Notes: generated by a model from the letters alone, not told the origin. Shown: positions 36,853-46,843, counted from the stretch's first letter. The stretch is DNA of 64,000 nucleotides from an uncultured Candidatus Saccharibacteria bacterium (GCA_964491455.1 CAZBFM010000001.1:345893-409892), one strand, 5' to 3'. Program-made: numbers and translations.

Positions 36853-38184
36853 ATGCCACCAACACCACTCCTACGAGCGAGTTATCCTCGCGCAGTGCTT
36901 CATATTGACGGAGACGCCTTCTTTGCATCATGCGAACAGGCCCGCGATCCAGCGCTCAAAGGCAAGCCCGTCATCACCGGCCTCGAGCGTGGCATCGCAT
37001 CATCGATGAGCTACGAAGCCAAAGCACGAGGCGTTACGCGCGCGATGCCACTGCACGAAATCCGTCGTCTTATCCCTGATGCGATTATCCTCCCATCCGA
37101 CTACGAAACATATTCACTTCTTTCTCGTCGCTTGTATGAGATCGTGCGTCGTTGGACGCCTGATGTGGAAGAATACGGCATTGATGAATGTTTCGCCGAC
37201 ATCACCGGCTTACGTCGACTTCACCATGCAACATACCCGCAGATTGCCAGTCGCATTCAAGAGGCACTCCGCACTGAATTAGGGTTCACCTTTTCCGTTG
37301 GTCTCGCCCCCACCAAAGTGCTTGCAAAATTAGGATCAAAATGGAAAAAGCCCCATGGCTTCACCGCAATTGCGGGACATCAGATACACACTTACCTCGA
37401 AAAGCTTCCCGTGGCGTCCGTGTGGGGCATTGGAGCGCAAACCACGGCAATGCTTCAGCACTTCAACATCACCACCGCTCTTGAATATGCTCGCATGCCA
37501 CTCGAATGGGTATTCGCTCACACCCACAAGCCCCTCCAAGAAATCTGGCAGGAGCTCAATGGCGTGTCAGTCCTCGGTCTTACTACGGCCGCAAAAACAA
37601 CCCAAGCATCCATACAAAAATTCAAAACATTCACGCCACCATCTGTCGACAGATCGTTTATCATCGCGCAACTATCACGCAATATTGAAAATGCATGCAT
37701 CAAAGCGCGACGCTACAATCTTGTCACACGAGACCTTCTCTTCATTCTTCGCACGCAGCAATTCCAGCACTCAGCTGTTGAGGTGCGCCTCGCACAACCT
37801 ACATCTCTCCCTGGCCCCATGATCGCGGCAGCTCTCAAGGCACTCCCCCAGCTTCTGCATCCTGGAGTTCCCTATCGTGCCACGGGAGTTGTGCTTACAA
37901 ATATGACCAGTGAAGCCCAAGAACAACCCGACCTCTTCGGCGCAAGTATCGAGGTAGAGCGACTTCGACGCGTCTTTGAAAGTACGGATGCGCTAGATGA
38001 AAAATACGGCAAACACGCCGTCTATGTCGCCTCCAGCCACCTCGCAGCTACCCATGCACAACACGACGGTCAGCGCGGCCATGTACCTCAACGAAAAACG
38101 GATCTCCTACGTGGCGAGACAGCACGACAACGCTTGAGCATCCCCATGCTCATGGGGCGAGAGCTGAGCGATCAATCGATATAA
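36853..38184 (+). CDS. dinB: Y-family translesion DNA polymerase (DinB/UmuC-like)
   Basis: HIDGDAFFASCEQARDPALKGKPV with the catalytic D-x-D and E. Co-operonic with lexA. Confidence 0.8.
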   Translation: MPPTPLLRASYPRAVLHIDGDAFFASCEQARDPALKGKPVITGLERGIASSMSYEAKARGVTRAMPLHEIRRLIPDAIILPSDYETYSLLSRRLYEIVRRWTPDVEEYGIDECFADITGLRRLHHATYPQIASRIQEALRTELGFTFSVGLAPTKVLAKLGSKWKKPHGFTAIAGHQIHTYLEKLPVASVWGIGAQTTAMLQHFNITTALEYARMPLEWVFAHTHKPLQEIWQELNGVSVLGLTTAAKTTQASIQKFKTFTPPSVDRSFIIAQLSRNIENACIKARRYNLVTRDLLFILRTQQFQHSAVEVRLAQPTSLPGPMIAAALKALPQLLHPGVPYRATGVVLTNMTSEAQEQPDLFGASIEVERLRRVFESTDALDEKYGKHAVYVASSHLAATHAQHDGQRGHVPQRKTDLLRGETARQRLSIPMLMGRELSDQSI

Positions 38185-38189
38185 CACAA

Positions 38190-38212
38190 ATGCCCCGTGT
38201 GGGGCATTTGAT
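38190..38212. terminator. Bidirectional hairpin (AATGCCCCG-TGT-GGGGCATT) between the convergent dinB and rpsT genes
   Basis: Read directly. Confidence 0.5.
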
Positions 38213-38475
38213 TACTTGGCGGACTTTGCGAGAAGCTTTGCAGCTTTTGATTTCAAGCGAGACGCTTTGTTCTTCTTGATAACACCGGTCTTGGCGGCTT
38301 TATCGAGCTGCTGCTGCAGCTTGGCCATCATGGCAGTGGCAGTCTTTGGGTCGCTTGGAGCAGTTTTGCGGAACTCTTTGACGATATCCTTGTAGCCTGT
38401 CTTGCGAGACAAATTACGCGCTCTGCGCTTCTGGCTTTGACGATATGCTTTTTCGGCTGATTTAGTATTTGGCAT
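38212..38475 (-). CDS. rpsT: 30S ribosomal protein S20
   Basis: MPNTKSAEKAYRQSQKRRARNLSRKT ... Lys/Ala-rich. Start at the ATG at 38475. Confidence 0.8.
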   Translation of the reverse strand: MPNTKSAEKAYRQSQKRRARNLSRKTGYKDIVKEFRKTAPSDPKTATAMMAKLQQQLDKAAKTGVIKKNKASRLKSKAAKLLAKSAK

Positions 38476-38654
38476 TGAATATTGAGAAAAAGTGCACGGG
38501 TCTTCGACTTCATCCAAACTATGCCATTGGCATCTAACCGTTGGTATCCCCCAGGGGACACGTGGACCGTCTAAACCCGTGCCAAAGTATTGTACAGGAA
38601 CTTCCAAATTTAGCAAGTATGTGCTAGGATATGCCCGAAAAGGAGAAGCTGGCT

Positions 38655-38891
38655 ATGTCATTTTGTCCCGCCGGTTACACGTTTACAGGCAGCGAACCAC
38701 CGATCTCGACCCCTCGGGCAGCGGCAATCATCGGCCTCGTGAGAGAGCTCATTCACCCCGGAGTTTGTCATAATCCGAATTGTACGCAGTATCGATACAA
38801 ACGAAGCGTCGATCATGGTCAGCGCTGCGCAGGATTTGTCGGCACGAATCGATGCGAGACGTTCGTGCAGCAACCCACACAAAAGCGCTAA
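38655..38891 (+). CDS. Small Cys-containing hypothetical protein (78 aa)
   Basis: An AAGGAG RBS lies 8 nt upstream of the ATG at 38655, and a terminator follows the stop. Contains five Cys. Confidence 0.4.
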   Translation: MSFCPAGYTFTGSEPPISTPRAAAIIGLVRELIHPGVCHNPNCTQYRYKRSVDHGQRCAGFVGTNRCETFVQQPTQKR

Positions 38892-38904
38892 TGGCATCAC
38901 TAGA

Positions 38905-38930
38905 CCCCGCTCCGAGCGGGGTTTTTCTTG
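38905..38930 (+). terminator. Intrinsic terminator CCCCGCTC-CGA-GCGGGG + TTTTT
   Basis: Read directly. Confidence 0.55.
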
Positions 38931-38947
38931 AGCCAAATACTACCCCA

Positions 38948-40960
38948 TTACGACGCCTGATGTTTGAGCTTCTGGATCTGCTCACGGAGCAGGAGCGCCT
39001 GTTCATAGTCGAGCTTGCGGATGGCACGCTCCATGAGCTTGTTGAGCTGTGCCAGATGTTGCGCCTTGCGTCCAATACCCACAATCGCTCCCCCATCACG
39101 ATCAACCTCTTTTCGCGTTGATGTGCTCGACTGCGAGACCGGGAGGCTAAAACTATCGCCAATCGATTTGTTGATCGTTTTCGGAATAATACCGCGCTCG
39201 GCATTGTAGATGATCTGCTTCTCACGTCGACGCGTTGTCTCTTCGATGGCCGCTTTCATAGAGCGCGTCACCTTGTCGGCATAGAGGATGACGTGACCGT
39301 TCACATTGCGAGCCGCGCGACCCATCGTCTGAATCAGCGTAGTGGCATTACGCAGGAAGCCTTCTTTATCTGCGTCCATAATTGCAATCAATGAGACCTC
39401 CGGCATGTCGAGCCCTTCTCGCAGAAGATTCACGCCAACCAGCACATCGTAGAGTCCAAGACGAAAATCTTTCAAGATTTTTAATCGATCAAGCGTTTTG
39501 ATTTCGGAATGCAAATAGTTTGTCTTGATCTTATTGGCTGCAAGGTGCTCGGATAGGTCTTCCGCCATACGCTTGGTAAGCGTAGTAATGATGACACGCT
39601 CACCCGCCACGATACGGGGATGAATCTGCTCGAGCAAATGCTCGATCTGATTTTCAGTTGGTACGATCTCGATAGTAGGATCGAGGAGTCCCGTAGGTCG
39701 GACAACCTGCTCAATCACATTCTTCTTGCCCGCCAACTTCAACTCTGCCGCCCCAGGCGTAGCAGAAACGTACACAGCCTTTTGTATGAGCTTCTTGAAT
39801 TCGTCGTAGCGAAGCGGTCGATTATCGATCGCCGACGGTAGTCGCCAGCCGAATTTCACGAGGGTCGACTTGCGTGAATGGTCACCATTAAACATGCCTT
39901 GGATCTGCGACAGCGAAATGTGCGACTCATCAATGATGGTTAAAAATTCACCCTTACTCTTGAAGTAGTTCACCAATGAGTGCGGCGGTTGTCCCGGCTT
40001 GCGAAAATCGAGATGGGATGAATAGTTCTCAATACCAAAGCAGTATCCGGTTTGACGGAGCATCTCCAGGTCATAGAGCGTCCGCTCCTGCAATCGTGCC
40101 GCTTCCTCAAATTTCTTTTCCTTCTTGAGCACCTTGATGTGTTTTTCAAGTTCGGAGCGAATATTTTCGGATGCGAGGGCGATCTTGTTGTCGTTGGTCG
40201 TCCAAAATTTTGCTGGATAGATTACCGTCTCGATCACTTTCTCAAAGCGAGGGTTTCCAGTTTCGAGCTCCTCAGGATCATTAATCGTCGCAATCGACAT
40301 GCCAATAATACGATCCCCCTTAAATTTGATGCGTCGCACCTCCGTAGCCGATGAGCTCACTACCTCCACCTCATCATGTGCCTTTCGGAAACAGGCACGC
40401 TTGAGCTCAATGTCGTGTCCATACTGCAGGCGTGTCAAATGCCGCACCAGATCACTGGCAGTCAGCTTCTTGCCCTCGAACAGCTCAAGCCCCATCTGCT
40501 TATAGTCATCTGGGTTTCCTAGGTTGTAGATGCAAGAGACCGACGCTACGATAATACAATCATCACGACTCATGAGCGCCTGCGTTGCGGCGTGTCGAAG
40601 TCGATCGATTTCTTCGTTTACCTTCGAGTCTTTCTCGATGAATGTATCTGACGAAGGCAAGTATGCTTCTGGCTGATAGTAATCGAAATAGGAAACGAAA
40701 TAGTGCACCGCGTTATTGGGAAAGAAATCCTTAAACTCTCGATAGAGTTGAGCGGCGAGCGTCTTGTTATGCGAGATCACCAGGGTCGGCTTCCCATAAT
40801 TGGCGATAACATGTGCCATGGTATAGGTCTTTCCAGAACCGGTGACGCCCAAAAGCACCTGGTTTTTTTCACCACGCTTAAGGCCTGCGGTGAGGCTCGC
40901 GATGGCCTCAGGTTGATCTCCCGCTGGCTGGTACTTTGATTTTATCTTGAAATTAGCCAT
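38948..40960 (-). CDS. uvrB: Excinuclease ABC subunit B
   Basis: GVTGSGKT Walker A, helicase motifs, and the C-terminal UVR domain (ALLLREQIQKLK). Confidence 0.95.
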   Translation of the reverse strand: MANFKIKSKYQPAGDQPEAIASLTAGLKRGEKNQVLLGVTGSGKTYTMAHVIANYGKPTLVISHNKTLAAQLYREFKDFFPNNAVHYFVSYFDYYQPEAYLPSSDTFIEKDSKVNEEIDRLRHAATQALMSRDDCIIVASVSCIYNLGNPDDYKQMGLELFEGKKLTASDLVRHLTRLQYGHDIELKRACFRKAHDEVEVVSSSATEVRRIKFKGDRIIGMSIATINDPEELETGNPRFEKVIETVIYPAKFWTTNDNKIALASENIRSELEKHIKVLKKEKKFEEAARLQERTLYDLEMLRQTGYCFGIENYSSHLDFRKPGQPPHSLVNYFKSKGEFLTIIDESHISLSQIQGMFNGDHSRKSTLVKFGWRLPSAIDNRPLRYDEFKKLIQKAVYVSATPGAAELKLAGKKNVIEQVVRPTGLLDPTIEIVPTENQIEHLLEQIHPRIVAGERVIITTLTKRMAEDLSEHLAANKIKTNYLHSEIKTLDRLKILKDFRLGLYDVLVGVNLLREGLDMPEVSLIAIMDADKEGFLRNATTLIQTMGRAARNVNGHVILYADKVTRSMKAAIEETTRRREKQIIYNAERGIIPKTINKSIGDSFSLPVSQSSTSTRKEVDRDGGAIVGIGRKAQHLAQLNKLMERAIRKLDYEQALLLREQIQKLKHQAS

Positions 40961-40979
40961 ACTGAGTGCAACGACTACT

Positions 40980-41564
40980 ATGATTAGCTACATCGAAGGA
41001 ACAGTTGAATATATCGGCGATAAACAGGCAATTATCTCGGCAGGAGGCATTGGGTACACCATTACACTAGCGCCTAAAATACTAGCCACTTTATCAGAAA
41101 ATCAAGAAAAAGTCAAGGTTTTCGTGTTCTCAAAGCTCAACATGCGCGAGGGTACATTTGATATGTACGGATTCACCAAAACGGACGATATGGCTCTCTT
41201 TCGCATCCTCACATCGGTATCCGGATTAGGACCTAAGACAGCCATGCAGATACTCAGCACAGTAGAGCCTCGCCACCTCAAAGAGGCAGTACTCTCTGAA
41301 AATCCCGAAGCGCTTCGAACCATTTCGGGATTGGGAACGAAAACCGCACAACGACTTGTCGTGGAACTCCAAGGGAAACTCGACTACATCGATTCCACTG
41401 GCTCAGACTTGGGTGCACTCGACGGAGAGTCCCAAGCATATGAGGCGCTTGTATCTCTTGGCTACACGCAACATCAAGCAAAAGAAGCCCTCAAGGCAGT
41501 CAAAGATGCAGCAAGCATTTCCGATCGTGTTCGCAAGGCGTTGCAGTATCTTGCAAAGAAATGA
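40980..41564 (+). CDS. ruvA: Holliday junction branch-migration protein RuvA
   Basis: MISYIEGTVEYIGDKQAIISAGGIGYTITLAP ... HhH motifs (GLGPKTA, GLGTKTA). Start at the ATG at 40980, downstream of the TTG shown in the track. Confidence 0.85.
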   Translation: MISYIEGTVEYIGDKQAIISAGGIGYTITLAPKILATLSENQEKVKVFVFSKLNMREGTFDMYGFTKTDDMALFRILTSVSGLGPKTAMQILSTVEPRHLKEAVLSENPEALRTISGLGTKTAQRLVVELQGKLDYIDSTGSDLGALDGESQAYEALVSLGYTQHQAKEALKAVKDAASISDRVRKALQYLAKK

Positions 41565-42313
41565 GCGACGACTCCTACAACGCACATGCATCAGCATGGG
41601 CTCAACGTCGTCGTGCAAAGGAAAATATCTCGCATGAGTACCTCGAAAAGCCGGCCATGCTCTCCGCTCTGCCAGACCTTTCGGGAAAGCGAGTGCTCTG
41701 TATCGGATGCGGCAGTGGAGAAGAATGCGCCGAGTTGCTCGCGCGAGGAGCGAAAGAAGTAGTGGGGATCGACTCTGCCGTGGGCTTAATCGATCTTGCG
41801 CGTGCGTCATTTCCAACTATCGAATTTCGCGTATTGCCGATGGAGCAACTTAATTTTCCACCGCATCGTTTCGATTTTATTTACTCGAGCCTTACGTTGC
41901 ATTATGCAGAATCATGGATTGCTATCCTCCGTCAGATTCGCGCATGCCTGACACCAGGGTCAGAATTCCTATTTTCAACCCATCATCCAATGAAATGGGG
42001 AATGGAAAAGACTCGCAACGGAGACACAATTCGCTATGAACTCTCCTACGAACTCACTGGTAAAGATCATGCCAGCATTCACGGCGACTATCTTTCACCG
42101 CGTCTACTCAGCGAAACATTCTTCAATGAGATACCCGTTACGTTCTGGCACCGACCATTGAGCGCCTTACTTGCTGACGTACGCGAATCAGGATTCGTAC
42201 TCCTTGATTTCATTGAGCCACTGCCGACCGATGAGGCGAAGGCAAAAAAGAAAAACTTCTGGCTCGTTCACCAGAAGATTCCAAAATTCTGCATCTTTCG
42301 ATTACGCGCCTAG
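41561..42313 (+). CDS. Class I SAM-dependent methyltransferase
   Basis: VLCIGCGSGEECAELLARGAKEVVGIDSA. Confidence 0.7.
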   Translation: MSDDSYNAHASAWAQRRRAKENISHEYLEKPAMLSALPDLSGKRVLCIGCGSGEECAELLARGAKEVVGIDSAVGLIDLARASFPTIEFRVLPMEQLNFPPHRFDFIYSSLTLHYAESWIAILRQIRACLTPGSEFLFSTHHPMKWGMEKTRNGDTIRYELSYELTGKDHASIHGDYLSPRLLSETFFNEIPVTFWHRPLSALLADVRESGFVLLDFIEPLPTDEAKAKKKNFWLVHQKIPKFCIFRLRA

Positions 42314-43095
42314 GGACAATCGATGCGAAGCGCATCGGGATCAATACGCTCCAAATAGACCGCCGCCAAGTCTTGTCCGCCTATGAGATCCATCGCTCGT
42401 CGACTCATGTCAATGATGCGCCCTCCCACGTAGGGACCTCGATCATTAATGCGAACAACAAGACTCTTTCCGGTCCGTTGGCTGACTACCCTCACTAGGG
42501 ATTGTAGCGGCAACGTACGATGTGCGGCGGTTCGATCGTACATATTATAGATTTCACCTGACGCGGCTAATCTGCCGTGGAATCCAGGTCCATACCAAGA
42601 AGCCACTCCTTGTTGAAACGGATCAGCCTGGAGAACAATCGCCTCACCCTCACGCAACGTATCGAGCGGCTTGCACAATCCAATGCTCTGGGCCTGTCGC
42701 TGTGTCAGCGACACCTCGAACCAACGGAGCGCATCGGCTATTGTGTGGATTCCGCCGCGTGTAGCAAATTGCATAACGCCTATCATGCGCGAAGAATATT
42801 GTTGTCCATGGTCCACGATGAGAATCGACTTATCGAGATCACGAACGAGTGAAAATATGTTTTGACGAGGCACGGTGACATCAACGCCGAAGAGTTGATT
42901 ACCAAATCGATTGACACTGCGCGAACCAACATCCAAGAGTGCATGCGCCCGCTCGTCGTATGTTAGTGGGCCGACTAGAGCGACTGCTATAGTGACCAGA
43001 GCAGCCACTATCAACGCATGCGCAAGAATCGCCCGAGCACGTCGCTGTCGAGACTGAATCCACGCTAGACTCGTGCGCATGCGAAAAGAGCTCAT
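42310..43095 (-). CDS. RlpA-like double-psi beta-barrel protein, membrane-anchored
   Basis: GVASWYGPGFHGRLAASGEIYNMYDRTAAHRTLPLQSLVRVVSQRTGKSLVVRINDRGPYVGGRIIDMS, plus an N-terminal TM helix. Confidence 0.65.
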   Translation of the reverse strand: MSSFRMRTSLAWIQSRQRRARAILAHALIVAALVTIAVALVGPLTYDERAHALLDVGSRSVNRFGNQLFGVDVTVPRQNIFSLVRDLDKSILIVDHGQQYSSRMIGVMQFATRGGIHTIADALRWFEVSLTQRQAQSIGLCKPLDTLREGEAIVLQADPFQQGVASWYGPGFHGRLAASGEIYNMYDRTAAHRTLPLQSLVRVVSQRTGKSLVVRINDRGPYVGGRIIDMSRRAMDLIGGQDLAAVYLERIDPDALRIDCP

Positions 43096-43101
43096 AGGAT
43101 G

Positions 43102-43836
43102 CTACTCTTCATATCGCTTGCTCATACGATGTATCCAAAGTCCATACACCAGACTCACGGCCATCGCTGCAAGCGCACCACGAATGCCTATCGCATCAAA
43201 TGAAGCCCATAAGAAATATACATAGGCCAGACCCAGGGAAATCGTTAGAAGAGAAAGTGCGCGCGATAGATATCCACTGCCGCGTCGCGCCACAAAAATA
43301 GCTGCAATTCCGGAAAAGAGAATACATGCGCCTAGCATTATTGAAAAGTCAGAGCGATAAACCACCTCTCGCTGTATCAGCTGTATGCCATATGCCACCG
43401 AACCGATCCCCAGACACAGAACAAGCAATGATGCGAACGCCCGGCGAATACTCCCGACGCGAGGAGGGGCACCTAATTCGCGCTCAGGACCAATCCACGA
43501 CGATGAAAGTGACGACTGCATACCAAGCGCGTTGTGACTCGTTGCTGCGGTGAGTCGCGCGACGTTATCTTCCGCCGACTTGAGACGCGCTGAGAGATAC
43601 GCAACCACACCTCTCACTTGCGCTAAATCTTCATGAATCGATGCCCCAGGCGTTAACGGATGCAAATCGGATGCCACAGCATGAACGCCATCATCCACAT
43701 CGACTAATTGCCATCCCGCAGCAACAAGGTCAGCGCGAATGGTTGCGAGCGACGCCCCTTCTTGCGTCTGCGAGCGAATATAATCTATAAGCTCTGATGA
43801 AGGCATAGGTACTCCTAGTATACCACTCTCAAGCAT
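43102..43836 (-). CDS. Membrane protein, function unknown
   Basis: C-terminal TM helices. Confidence 0.4.
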   Translation of the reverse strand: MLESGILGVPMPSSELIDYIRSQTQEGASLATIRADLVAAGWQLVDVDDGVHAVASDLHPLTPGASIHEDLAQVRGVVAYLSARLKSAEDNVARLTAATSHNALGMQSSLSSSWIGPERELGAPPRVGSIRRAFASLLVLCLGIGSVAYGIQLIQREVVYRSDFSIMLGACILFSGIAAIFVARRGSGYLSRALSLLTISLGLAYVYFLWASFDAIGIRGALAAMAVSLVYGLWIHRMSKRYEE

Positions 43837-43859
43837 CCAGCTCTACGAATATGTGAATA

Positions 43860-44666
43860 TCACGACGCAAGCATTGCCATCTTTTTGGTGAGCGTCAGAA
43901 TACCTTCTTGGTGAAGCCTTTGGAGCACTTCTTGCGTACGATCATCGGCCATCTCAATCAGTAGCGTCTCAAGCTTTACCTTCTTGTGATCCGCCAACAT
44001 CTTAACAATACGCCCGCGCAGTTGGCGAAATGACCCCTCAAATACAGCCTGCCGCACATAGTGCTTGCTCCGTCGATTCGCATTGGGCATCGCTTGTGCA
44101 AGGTAGGTGCCATAGTCCATGAGTGCTCCATACCACTGACGCGCTGATGTCACATGCTCAAGATGCTTTGTTACGAGCGGCATCAACTCGTTGTCAGGAA
44201 CACAAGCGGAGCCAGGAAAATAATGATGGAGATACACGCGGCGAATATTCGTTTCGATAAGTGGCACCTTGTCATCGAATGCGAATGCCATGATCGCGCC
44301 CGCCGTATACGGTCCTATACCAGGAAGGCGTAGTAAGGATTCGTAGTCTCGAGGTAATCTTCCGTGATAGTTCTGTGTAACGAACTGCGCGCAGCGATGG
44401 AGCGCGAGAGCACGACGATTATAACCCAGCCCCTGCCATGCACGTAGAACGTCGGCCTGCGAAGCGATCGCGAGCGCACGAAACGATGGGAACAATCGAA
44501 GAAACAATCGAAACTTCTCGCGAACACGCGGAACTTGAGTTTGCTGTAGCATGATTTCGCTTACCAAAATCCGATAAGGGCTGATATGGGCGCGCCACTC
44601 TAAATCATGGCGACCGTGTTGCTCAAAGTACCACAAAATCGTCTCGATAAATTTCACATCTTTCAC
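43860..44666 (-). CDS. MutY-like HhH-GPD adenine glycosylase lacking the Fe-S cysteine motif
   Basis: LWYFEQHGRHDLEWR ... PYRILVSEIMLQQTQVPRV ... LPGIGPYTAGAIMAFAF with no C-x6-C-x2-C-x5-C. The start is probably the GTG near 44666/44657, because the ATG at 44711 lies inside a terminator hairpin. Confidence 0.7.
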   Translation of the reverse strand: MKDVKFIETILWYFEQHGRHDLEWRAHISPYRILVSEIMLQQTQVPRVREKFRLFLRLFPSFRALAIASQADVLRAWQGLGYNRRALALHRCAQFVTQNYHGRLPRDYESLLRLPGIGPYTAGAIMAFAFDDKVPLIETNIRRVYLHHYFPGSACVPDNELMPLVTKHLEHVTSARQWYGALMDYGTYLAQAMPNANRRSKHYVRQAVFEGSFRQLRGRIVKMLADHKKVKLETLLIEMADDRTQEVLQRLHQEGILTLTKKMAMLAS

Positions 44667-44685
44667 AATCGCTAGTGTATAAAAA

Positions 44686-44709
44686 AAGCGAGACCCTTGC
44701 GAGTCTCGC
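44686..44709 (-). terminator. Intrinsic terminator (GCGAGACTCGCAAGGGTCTCGC + T7 on the minus strand) after the MBL-fold gene
   Basis: Read directly. Confidence 0.45.
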
Positions 44710-44715
44710 ATGCTG

Positions 44716-45717
44716 CTACAGCTCCACCACCAGCCCCTCGTATGCCGCCTGAGTCGTAAAGCTCGGCTTCTCAGGCGTTGACGACATCACCTGGAAAGCA
44801 ATATGTTCGACTTCCCTTGTATCGTTACTCGGGTCATGATGAAAGGTCACCACTCGCTTGACCTGCGCAAGACGTGCAGTAAGGCCGATGGCTTCCGGAT
44901 ATGCGTGGCCCCACCCGAACCGTTGGGGGCCATCAAGTCCTCGATACTGATGTCCCGAGTACTGGCAATCAGTAATCCAAACATCGGCATCTTGAACGAG
45001 ACGGAGCAGGTTCTTGTAGGGCGTCCCAGGAAGTCGCGGCTCATGATCCGTCGTATAAGCGATGACTTTGCCGTTGCATTCGAGCCGAAACCCGTAGACC
45101 TCTTGGGGGTGATCAAGCTTTCGACACGTCACTACAACGACAGGTCCGTGATCCTTGTTGCCGACTTCAAACGTATAGCCGTCGTGAAGATTGTTGATGG
45201 TCAGATGCTCCGTCTGAAGTTCGATCTCTCTGAAGCTGATGGGGAAATTGGGTGCGTCCATCTGTCCCCGCAAGCAATCATCCAACCGCGTGCGGTATTC
45301 AGTGCCACCGTAGAAATCGAAATGATTCGTGAACCCATCATGACGATTCATGTATAGCGGCGCAAAGAACGGCAGTCCCTGAATGTGGTCCCAGTGCACG
45401 TGCGAGATTAAGAACGTGGCTCGCAATCCCTTCTTGGCAAACAATTCCTTCATGAGCGAATTGCCAAGCGGGCGGATTCCAGTTCCCATGTCGAGAATGA
45501 TGCGCTCATCGCCCACCTCGACCATCACACACGATGTGTTGCCGCCGTGTGTCCACAGCAGGTTTGGCACGCCCCGAAGAATATCTTGCCTGGTATTCCA
45601 ACCAGGACGCGCTATCAACTCCTCGACCACGCGCTTGGCGATGTCGTCGGACGTCAACGGCGCCGCAATGCTTCCGCGCACACCCCAAAATGAGATGCGT
45701 ATCTTGTCAGTACTCAT
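44716..45717 (-). CDS. MBL-fold metallo-hydrolase
   Basis: ISHVHWDHIQGLPF (HxHxDH). Start at the ATG at 45717. Confidence 0.75.
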   Translation of the reverse strand: MSTDKIRISFWGVRGSIAAPLTSDDIAKRVVEELIARPGWNTRQDILRGVPNLLWTHGGNTSCVMVEVGDERIILDMGTGIRPLGNSLMKELFAKKGLRATFLISHVHWDHIQGLPFFAPLYMNRHDGFTNHFDFYGGTEYRTRLDDCLRGQMDAPNFPISFREIELQTEHLTINNLHDGYTFEVGNKDHGPVVVVTCRKLDHPQEVYGFRLECNGKVIAYTTDHEPRLPGTPYKNLLRLVQDADVWITDCQYSGHQYRGLDGPQRFGWGHAYPEAIGLTARLAQVKRVVTFHHDPSNDTREVEHIAFQVMSSTPEKPSFTTQAAYEGLVVEL

Positions 45718-45785
45718 GGTAACCTCAATTGTGAAAGTTAACGAAAAAGCTATATTACCACACAACTCATTTTTGACAAGCAAAA

Positions 45786-45810
45786 CGCGAGACCCCCACG
45801 GGTCTCGCTA
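45786..45810 (-). terminator. Hairpin GCGAGACCC-GTGG-GGGTCTCGC + GTTTTG after the Cys-rich small gene
   Basis: Read directly. Confidence 0.45.
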
Positions 45811-45822
45811 AACTGCGCACTA

Positions 45823-46152
45823 CTAGAGCTTCGCTACTTCGCGAAAGGTAACCCTCCCGCCAAATTCATTGGTGCACGCGGGGCACCCTTGAAATTGTAC
45901 TGTCAGGATGCGAGGATCGACCGGGAATCCCTCCACCTTTAAGCTCGCGAGGCTATCCGGGTGGATCGATCCTAGTGCATTGCACAGCATGCAGTACATA
46001 GGGCAAGAACCCGGTGGTTGACCTTGGAGAAATCGTGCGATTCTCTCCTTATCCGGAAGACCGGATATTTCCGTTGTCCCTAGCATTTCTCGCTTAAACG
46101 CGAGATCATCTTCTTCCTGTTGCGTTGCGGTCATGTTGTCTCCTGGTTGCAT
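45823..46152 (-). CDS. Small Cys-rich hypothetical protein (CPMYCMLC ... CPAC)
   Basis: CxxxCxxC plus CxxC in 109 aa. Confidence 0.4.
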   Translation of the reverse strand: MQPGDNMTATQQEEDDLAFKREMLGTTEISGLPDKERIARFLQGQPPGSCPMYCMLCNALGSIHPDSLASLKVEGFPVDPRILTVQFQGCPACTNEFGGRVTFREVAKL

Positions 46153-46174
46153 GTGCTGTGATTATAATAACACA

Positions 46175-46843
46175 CTAAAATGTCATTGTAAAGGCTCGCT
46201 CCCGGGGGCTACTATTCGTCCATCGCTCCTCGATATACGCTGCCAGACCAGATGCAACTTCGTCAGAAAATTGCTTCCACAACGCAGAGTCAGCAGAATG
46301 AGGAGACGTCGGCTTTAATCGACGCCGCGTATCCGGTAATACCTTGATAAGGACATCCGATTTTGTATCAAATTTACTCGGATTTGCTGTTAGATCGATT
46401 TTGACCATCATAATCCTCGGCTTCCCCGTCGCAGGATTCGTTGGCCCATACACTACAAGGAGTCCATCGACACCCTCCTTTGCATCAATCGGCAATCGAA
46501 GATCGGACCTTGGAGAAACAGCGGTAAAGAAATGGACTTTCGACGGAATGTTTTCCTGAGCCTTCCAGAGACGACCCTTCTTTAATTGATCCACTATTTC
46601 AGAGGACAAATAGCCTGTTGGATACTCGTGCGACGCTTCACTTTCTTGGACAGTCTTTAGCTGATCAACCATCTTTTCAAATGCGCGCACATCATACCGT
46701 AATGGTCCACGTTTAACGTCAAAGTGAAGGCCTGCTTCGCTGACGGCAATCATTTCCTCCTTATGCTCGAGCATCTTGCGCTCGTCAATAGTATCGAAAT
46801 ACTCCCGCTCAAGTGTCTCTCCAATTTTTTCGGTTAACGACAT
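46175..46843 (-). CDS. Hypothetical protein (222 aa from the ATG at 46843)
   Basis: No recognised motifs. The ORF-track start at 47002 would overlap the ABC gene by 80 nt. Confidence 0.4.
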   Translation of the reverse strand: MSLTEKIGETLEREYFDTIDERKMLEHKEEMIAVSEAGLHFDVKRGPLRYDVRAFEKMVDQLKTVQESEASHEYPTGYLSSEIVDQLKKGRLWKAQENIPSKVHFFTAVSPRSDLRLPIDAKEGVDGLLVVYGPTNPATGKPRIMMVKIDLTANPSKFDTKSDVLIKVLPDTRRRLKPTSPHSADSALWKQFSDEVASGLAAYIEERWTNSSPRERAFTMTF

